A stretch of 64,000 nt of DNA from assembly GCA_964449165.1 (NCBI GenBank), contig CAYVAT010000001.1:79159-143158 (forward strand), read 5' to 3'. Made by a program: the position numbers and the translations under genes. Below, in pieces: positions 58,392 through 64,000 of this stretch. Position 1 is the stretch's first letter, and each line of letters opens with the position of its first letter. The notes below the pieces were generated by a model. It was not told where the DNA came from and did not search any database. It saw only the letters and a program-made list of their open reading frames with translations. Source of the DNA: an uncultured Eubacteriales bacterium (GTDB taxonomy: Bacteria > Acidobacteriota > Aminicenantia > Aminicenantales > Aminicenantaceae).

Positions 58392-59147
58392 TTAAAAGAG
58401 AATTCGGGTTTCAATCCCTTCGCTAGCAAAGACAGCTTTCAGACTTTGGCTGATGCGGTGGAAAAAGGCTGGGCTAAGACCGGACTCTAAGCGGAATCGA
58501 CGGTAGTGGCTGGCAACCTTCCCCTTGTAATTCATGCAATCGATGTAGACAAAATTCACTGTTCCGAGGAGTTGTTGTGCCAGGTTCTGAGGATTCTGGG
58601 GGAGGATGGGCCCGATAAAGGCATAAGTCCTGATTCCGCTCCGGTGAAGAGTTGCCAAAGCCTTTATCCGTTCTGGAATAGAGGAGGATCGAGGTTCGAA
58701 AAGCTTCCTTATATTATCATTATCAGTGGTGATGGTCAGCCCCACCTCACACTGCTCAAAACCGCGCAGAAGATCAACGTCTCTGGTCACTAATACTGAT
58801 TTAGTCAGGATGGAGACAGGGCGTTTGTGGTTCAGGAGTACTTTCAGACACTGGCGGGTGAGTTTATACCGCCGTTCCAGGGGTTGGTAGGGATCTGTTA
58901 CTGAGCTGATTATCACTTCCCATTGGTGGGCGCGTTTGATTTCCTTGGCCAGAAGGGCAGGAGAATTGATTTTAACATCCACGAATTGTCCCCATTTTTC
59001 CCTGTGCCCGGTGAATCTTCTCATGAAAGTGGCATAGCAGTACAGGCAGCCGTGCTGGCATCCGATGTACGGATTGAGACAGTAGGTCTTCTCTTGAATT
59101 CGTGAACGGACTAGGATTTTTTTTGACAGTCTTTCCTGGACGATCAT
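58392..59147 (-). CDS. Radical SAM protein (SPL/DNA-photolyase-like family)
   Basis: CQHGCLYC (Cx3Cx2C) is near the N-terminus. 251 aa. Confidence 0.7.
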   Translation of the reverse strand: MIVQERLSKKILVRSRIQEKTYCLNPYIGCQHGCLYCYATFMRRFTGHREKWGQFVDVKINSPALLAKEIKRAHQWEVIISSVTDPYQPLERRYKLTRQCLKVLLNHKRPVSILTKSVLVTRDVDLLRGFEQCEVGLTITTDNDNIRKLFEPRSSSIPERIKALATLHRSGIRTYAFIGPILPQNPQNLAQQLLGTVNFVYIDCMNYKGKVASHYRRFRLESGLSPAFFHRISQSLKAVFASEGIETRILF

Positions 59148-59343
59148 CTAAATATGCTGATTTTATACCACAAAAGGAAGAATTTTTGCCAATTTCCTTT
59201 TTGACATCCAAATTTTCCTATGATATTTTTTCTGCGCAAAAAACTGAAGATTCCTTACTTAAATTTTAACAGATGTTAAAGGGAAAAATTCACACTCAGA
59301 TTCGCCAATCGACTACCAATGTGTTCCTAGAATCAATCGCTGA

Positions 59344-60903
59344 ATGAGAAGGATGTCTTTGATGAAAAAAACATTCTTGATAACCTTGATTTTATTCTTG
59401 GTTCAGGGATGGAACTTGCCGCTGGGCTCGAAGACAATTACCTTGATTCACTCCAACGATACTCATGGAACTTACAAACCCAATGAAATCAGATGGGATG
59501 ACCAAGTGAGGTTGGTAGGAGGGATGGAATCAGTGAGTCATTATATCAATGCAGTAAGGGAAAGTGAAAAGGACATCATGCTGATTGACCTTGGGGATAT
59601 CTTGACAGGAACACTAGCTGTAGAAATCAGATATCAGGGAGTGGTTGGCGGAGCAATGATAGAGTTTCTCAACAGGTTGGGATATGAGGTGTGGTGTTAT
59701 GGCAATCATGAGTTTGACAGAGGGCAGCAGACCGCATTGGGATTGTCCAACCTGGCTAATTTTCCCACGGTGATGTCTAATCTCGTCTATAAAAAAAATA
59801 ACCAACTCTTTCCTGCAGAACCATACCATATCTTTGACAAAGCGGGATTAAAAGTGGGGATCATTGCGGTCATGGAAGAAGATTTCCTGTTAGAGGTTCA
59901 GAAAGAATATGTAGAAGGGCTGGATGTTCTGCCTATTATTCCCACCCTGAATTCCTATATTCCAGGAATGGACAAAAGGAGTGACTTGATTATAGTCCTT
60001 TTCCATGGGCCTTTTGAGGAAGGATTAAGAATAGCGGAGAGAGTAGGAGGAATTGATGTTATCCTGGTTGCCTCTGAAGATGGGAAATTTGAGGAAACCA
60101 ATGGTGTTCTGGTTAAATCAACCTTAGGTCATCAGAGGACACTAGGGTATTTAAAACTGGAAGTCAAGGATGATAGAGTAGTCAGCTACGAAGAAAAACT
60201 AATCTGGCTCTGGGCTGATGTTTGTTTAGACCCTTTGCCTCAGGTTTCTGCTCTGGTCAAGGAAATCGATGCTGCCATCCAATCTGATTATGCCAGGGTG
60301 ATAGGTGAGGCCAAAAAGGACTTGAATAAGAGAGATTATCCTATGGGGAATGCTTCAGTTGAGATGGCTTTGGGAAACTGGATAACTGATGTTATGCGGT
60401 GGAAAACCGGAGCCCAGATCGGACTCCACAACAGTGGCGGAATCAGAGCAGGCATCCTGGCCGGACCTATCACCAGGGAAGATGTGTTCAACGTTTCTCC
60501 TTTCCATTCCACTCTGGTCTTGTTTGAACTCACAGGTCAACAACTCAAAGATATGCTGGAAAGGGATGTGGAAAGAGGAATGGATAGACTTCAAGTTTCA
60601 GGGCTGAGGTACAGGTTTTACCCGAAGCAATCCAGGCCTTATGGCGAGAGAATTACCTCTATTGAGATCGATGAAGATGTGTTAGTTAAAGAAGGCGAGG
60701 TCATCTTTCCCAAAAAAGTATACACTGTGGTCAGCAATAATTACGTGGTGGGGCATGCGGAGGATAAATTCCTTGGATTTCCGGTTGAGCAGACAAAGGA
60801 TACGGGTTTCATCCTTTACCAGGTTCTGATGGAGTGGCTGGAAAGACACAAGGTTCTCGACCATAGTATAGAGGGGAGGATTGCCGAAATTAATCTTGAT
60901 TGA
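59344..60903 (+). CDS. Bifunctional metallophosphatase/5'-nucleotidase (UshA-like), secreted
   Basis: Metallophosphoesterase motifs (DTHG, GNHEFD) and a 5'-nucleotidase C-terminal domain. Signal peptide from the second or third Met (MKKTFLITLILFL). Confidence 0.8.
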   Translation: MRRMSLMKKTFLITLILFLVQGWNLPLGSKTITLIHSNDTHGTYKPNEIRWDDQVRLVGGMESVSHYINAVRESEKDIMLIDLGDILTGTLAVEIRYQGVVGGAMIEFLNRLGYEVWCYGNHEFDRGQQTALGLSNLANFPTVMSNLVYKKNNQLFPAEPYHIFDKAGLKVGIIAVMEEDFLLEVQKEYVEGLDVLPIIPTLNSYIPGMDKRSDLIIVLFHGPFEEGLRIAERVGGIDVILVASEDGKFEETNGVLVKSTLGHQRTLGYLKLEVKDDRVVSYEEKLIWLWADVCLDPLPQVSALVKEIDAAIQSDYARVIGEAKKDLNKRDYPMGNASVEMALGNWITDVMRWKTGAQIGLHNSGGIRAGILAGPITREDVFNVSPFHSTLVLFELTGQQLKDMLERDVERGMDRLQVSGLRYRFYPKQSRPYGERITSIEIDEDVLVKEGEVIFPKKVYTVVSNNYVVGHAEDKFLGFPVEQTKDTGFILYQVLMEWLERHKVLDHSIEGRIAEINLD

Positions 60904-61075
60904 ATCATATAACTTGCATTATTCATAGACATACGACATTTGTCGGAAAGCGAGTACATGCGCAGATTTTGTGAAATCGGATATGTGTCCCTTAGTTTCT
61001 TGGATAATGCGCATTCGTTTAAATTATTCATGGATTACCCAGGATAATTAAGACACAAGAGCGGAGAGGAGAGAG

Positions 61076-61573
61076 ATGATGTCAAAGGATAATGCCCAGA
61101 AAGTCTTTGAGGTTCTGGAGAGATTGAGTATTACTTATGTTCGGCATCAGCATCCCCCTGTTTTTACAGTCGAACAGGCAGAGCAACACTGGAAAAACAT
61201 CACCGGCGCCCACTGCAAGAATCTCTTCCTACGCAACAAGAAGGGCAACCGTCACTACCTGGTCATTCTGGAGGCATCCAAACAGGCAGATCTCAGAACT
61301 TTAGCCCAGAAATTAGGGGAAGACAGGCTTAGTTTTGCCTCTCCAGAGCGGCTCATGCGCTTTCTTGGCCTTGAGGCAGGATCTGTATCTCCATTCGGCC
61401 TGATAAATGACAGCCAGAAACAGGTGAAGGTTATCGTGGACAGCGGTTTAAAGGAAGCTGATTTGGTCAATTTCCATCCCAATATCAACACGGAAACCGT
61501 GGGGATAACCTATTCAGACTTTGAGAAATTCCTGTCCTGGATTGGCCATAATGTCCGTTATGTCCATTTTTAA
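61076..61573 (+). CDS. YbaK/ProX-type aminoacyl-tRNA trans-editing deacylase
   Basis: GAHCKNLFLRNKKGNRHYLV and GSVSPFGL are motifs of the YbaK/ProX editing domain. 165 aa. Confidence 0.75.
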   Translation: MMSKDNAQKVFEVLERLSITYVRHQHPPVFTVEQAEQHWKNITGAHCKNLFLRNKKGNRHYLVILEASKQADLRTLAQKLGEDRLSFASPERLMRFLGLEAGSVSPFGLINDSQKQVKVIVDSGLKEADLVNFHPNINTETVGITYSDFEKFLSWIGHNVRYVHF

Positions 61574-61585
61574 AGGAGAAAAACA

Positions 61586-62644
61586 ATGCCTTTTGATATC
61601 TCCATCGAGCCGTTCCGAGGCGATCTGGAGGCGCTCCAGAAGATGGCTATATCCTCCTGGCAGGATGAATACGGAATTTCCTCCTTTCCCAATCTTTACC
61701 GACCTGCCTTTGTTCGGTTTCTGACGGGTTGTGTGCCAGATAAGAGGCATTTCGTAGCTGCCTATAAGGGGGATGAACTCGTTTCCTTTTTTGCCAACCT
61801 GCCGCGCCGCTTTCGTTTTCAGGGAAAGGCCTACAAGGCAGTTTTGAGCTGTCTTATCGTTACTCGTAAAGAAATGTTTCGCCGCGGTCTGGCCCTTGAC
61901 GTTGTCAAGGAAGCTCTCGAGCTTAACAAAGAGTTAGATTATGATTTCGCTCTGCTCTATCTTGAAACCGGTCACCGCTCTAATTTCATGATAAAAAAAC
62001 TCGAGGAAGCAGGCCATCCGGTGGAATGGGTCAAGAAGATGCATGTTTTGGGACGCGTTCTCGACCTCGATCGAGTGTCTACCTCTGAGGGATTAAAAGC
62101 ATGGGAGCGAGCAGCCATAAAAGTTTTGGGCGGAGACAGGCTGCCTAAATCGGAATCTTCTTTAAAATTGCGTTATTATAGGCCAGAAGATCTTGGTGCG
62201 TGCCTGGATTTGCTCAATCAATACCAGGAAAAAGTTCGACTAGCCCGCATTTGGGATCGGGATGAACTGGCTTGGGAGCTTGACTTTCCAGATGTCTCGA
62301 AGACTCTGGTTTATGAAAAGAACGGAAGAGTGGAAGGCTTGATCAGCTTTCTTTATCATGATCACCTGGGCAAGACTCAAGAGCGATGGGCCTGGATCAA
62401 TCATCTGGCCTATTCGAATCTGACACCCCGAGAGCGGGTTGCTTTTGTCAATGCCTTTCTCCTTCATATCAAGCAGGCAGGCTGCGTGGGTACCCTGGAG
62501 TGGACCAAAAAGTATTACCCCACGAGGCCGCTTTATCGAGCCCACTTTTTCCCTTACTTCCGGTCTTTAAACATGTACTCTTGGACCTTTAACCCAGAGA
62601 TTTCACTACGCAATATTCCAGATGTCTATGAAGTTCAGATATAA
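61586..62644 (+). CDS. Hypothetical protein, possibly acyl-CoA N-acyltransferase (GNAT-like) fold
   Basis: An SD AAAGGAGAAAAAC precedes the ATG. 352 aa. A weak GNAT-like segment (RRGLALDVVKEALEL). Assignment is tentative. Confidence 0.4.
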   Translation: MPFDISIEPFRGDLEALQKMAISSWQDEYGISSFPNLYRPAFVRFLTGCVPDKRHFVAAYKGDELVSFFANLPRRFRFQGKAYKAVLSCLIVTRKEMFRRGLALDVVKEALELNKELDYDFALLYLETGHRSNFMIKKLEEAGHPVEWVKKMHVLGRVLDLDRVSTSEGLKAWERAAIKVLGGDRLPKSESSLKLRYYRPEDLGACLDLLNQYQEKVRLARIWDRDELAWELDFPDVSKTLVYEKNGRVEGLISFLYHDHLGKTQERWAWINHLAYSNLTPRERVAFVNAFLLHIKQAGCVGTLEWTKKYYPTRPLYRAHFFPYFRSLNMYSWTFNPEISLRNIPDVYEVQI

Positions 62645-62805
62645 ATCCTATTTGATGTTCGTGTTCTTGCTTGTTTGTTTTTTCTTTCAGTATTGCCTTC
62701 CATTTTTCTTTATCCATGGATTCCTCTTTCTCGATTAAAAGAATGTTTTGTGTGGGTTTTTTTATGCAGAGAAACGATCAATTTCTTGCAGGCTCCTATT
62801 ATAAG

Positions 62806-62838
62806 AAAAAAAAGGGGGATTGTCCTCCTTTTATTTTC
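62806..62838. terminator. Intrinsic terminator-like hairpin (A-run, GGGGG/CCTCC stem with one G-U pair, T-run)
   Basis: aaaaaaaaGGGGGattgtCCTCCttttatttt. Symmetric A/T flanks suggest a bidirectional terminator. Confidence 0.4.
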
Positions 62839-62876
62839 ATTTTTTGATGAATTTGGATATTATATCTCTAATAATC

Positions 62877-63083
62877 ATGTCTTCGCATGAACCCTTCGCT
62901 CTCGATCCCAGCAGCAAACTCCCGGAAGAAGTCGGAGCCCTCAACATCGATATGCTTTTTCAAGGCGGGATCGTCTCTTCATTTGGAAGAGTGACAATAA
63001 GAGAGAACAGAGTTTCCAATCGGCTGTCTGTTCAATCCAAGGAAGGTCCGGTTGCAGATTTAACTTTGGAGACAGTCCCATGA
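62877..63083 (+). CDS. Possible 68-aa upstream ORF coupled (ATGA) to the amino acid permease
   Basis: MSSHEPFALDPSSKLPEEVGALNIDMLF...; its TGA overlaps the permease ATG at 63080-63083. No strong SD. The track ORF at 62820 is an upstream extension. Confidence 0.25.
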   Translation: MSSHEPFALDPSSKLPEEVGALNIDMLFQGGIVSSFGRVTIRENRVSNRLSVQSKEGPVADLTLETVP

Positions 63084-64000
63084 CCGGAGAAAAATTACGA
63101 CAACCCACGCTCCGCAAGGTGCTCGGCCTCCCCGACGGCATTGCCCTCTTGATCGGTATCACCATCGGGGCAGGTATCTACTCCACACCGCAAATCATCG
63201 CCGGCTATTTGAGTTCTTTCCGCATCATCATCGGCTTCTGGATTTTGGTGGGCATTTTTGTTTTTGTGAGCGGGCTGATTTATGCAGAACTCGGGACACG
63301 TCTTCCTCATACTGGGGGGGAATATATTTATATCAGCCGCTGTTTTGGTCCTTTTGCCGGATTCATGTTCGGCTGGGCTCAGCTTTTCATCATAAGAACC
63401 AGTCCTGCGGCAGGACTGGCCATCATTACTGCCGATTATCTGGGTTATTTTATCAAGCTGAGTAATATTATCCACACAATCGTCGCCCTGGCTGTAATTG
63501 CTCTATTTGGGATTATCAATTATGCAGGCGTCAAGCAGGCAAGCTTCTACCAGAAAATTGCCAGCCCCTTGAAGGTGGCTGGCCTTTTTGCTCTGGTGGT
63601 TATCGGGTTAATCCTGATACAGAGCCATGGAAACCTGTTATCCACCGAGGCCCCGCCTGCCGCCAATCTGGGGCCAATCGCCAATGTAGTGGCCGCCTTG
63701 ATGATGGTATTTTTCGCTCACACAGGCTGGGATCGGGTTGGTTATGTGGCTGGAGAGATGAAGAATCCAAGGAGAGTGATCCCTTTAAGCTTGATTATCG
63801 GTTTAGGGATCATCGTGGTTATGTATGTTTTAACCAACGTGATCTATTATCGCACTCTGGGAATGGAGGGCATGCGAGAGAGTGTCATCATTGCTTCCGA
63901 TGCAGCTACAAGGCTGATTGGCCCAATCGGTGCAGGTTTTATTGCCGTGCTGGTCATGGTATCAACCACCAGCAGCATCAACGGAACCATGATGACAGCA
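63080..64000 (+). CDS. APC-family amino acid permease (3' end beyond window)
   Basis: The ORF is open to the window edge (not in the track). MTGEKLRQPTLRKVLGLPDGIALLIGITIGAGIYSTPQIIAGY... is a typical APC N-terminus with many TM segments. Confidence 0.85.
   Translation, partial: MTGEKLRQPTLRKVLGLPDGIALLIGITIGAGIYSTPQIIAGYLSSFRIIIGFWILVGIFVFVSGLIYAELGTRLPHTGGEYIYISRCFGPFAGFMFGWAQLFIIRTSPAAGLAIITADYLGYFIKLSNIIHTIVALAVIALFGIINYAGVKQASFYQKIASPLKVAGLFALVVIGLILIQSHGNLLSTEAPPAANLGPIANVVAALMMVFFAHTGWDRVGYVAGEMKNPRRVIPLSLIIGLGIIVVMYVLTNVIYYRTLGMEGMRESVIIASDAATRLIGPIGAGFIAVLVMVSTTSSINGTMMTA

Noticed and set aside
62820-62876. Upstream start (MSSFYFHF...) for the uORF
   Set aside because: It runs through the intrinsic-terminator-like hairpin region and has no RBS. 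The later ATG at 62877 is the more plausible start, if the ORF is real at all.
63095-63475. 126-aa minus-strand ORF
   Set aside because: It is completely antisense to the well-supported APC permease CDS that runs off the window end. It is a shadow ORF.
1-64000. CRISPR arrays, tRNA/rRNA genes, integrase/transposase/IS elements
   Set aside because: No regularly spaced short repeats, no tRNA-like T-arm or acceptor motifs, and no recombinase-like ORFs were found on either strand.

Overview
The window is a 64-kb bacterial chromosomal segment, about 48% GC with consistent Shine-Dalgarno sites, and about 50 protein genes on both strands. No rRNA, tRNA, CRISPR array, integrase or transposase is visible. 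The dominant theme is extracellular protein and peptide degradation plus amino-acid fermentation. Signal-peptide-bearing peptidases and hydrolases are frequent: M24, S12/beta-lactamase-fold, C69, M14-like, S9, gamma-glutamyltransferase, M1, a TldD/TldE pair, an amidohydrolase and an MBL-fold hydrolase. Two APC amino-acid permeases and two large TonB-dependent-receptor-like outer-membrane proteins with N-terminal carboxypeptidase-regulatory-like domains are present. An iorA-iorB-acd operon (indolepyruvate:ferredoxin oxidoreductase plus ADP-forming acyl-CoA synthetase) gives an arylpyruvate route to ATP. Housekeeping and other genes include Sir2/CobB, PanE, WrbA, a TetR regulator, an orphan ParA, an RRM RNA-binding protein, a UshA-like 5'-nucleotidase, a ProX/YbaK deacylase, an acyl-CoA ligase, a radical-SAM protein and several TPR proteins. 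The most notable feature is a 47-nt near-perfect direct repeat, one copy being the 3' end of an amidohydrolase gene. It brackets a 4.45-kb segment that carries a class-A beta-lactamase-fold gene with an atypical omega loop and an FtsX/MacB-type permease with no ATPase partner, and it leaves a dead 21-codon amidohydrolase stub at the other junction. Other notable features are listed below.
- A 30-codon ORF with a perfect GGAGG ribosome-binding site is translationally coupled to a PurM-family gene.
- A roughly 185-nt candidate structured RNA closed by a 13-bp helix lies in a 450-bp divergent intergenic region.
- TldD carries a Tat signal whereas its partner TldE has none.
- An FKBP-type PPIase gene has been reduced to a two-piece pseudogene by an internal deletion.
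- A small 2-TM protein is followed by a DUF2207 protein with a polyglycine tail.
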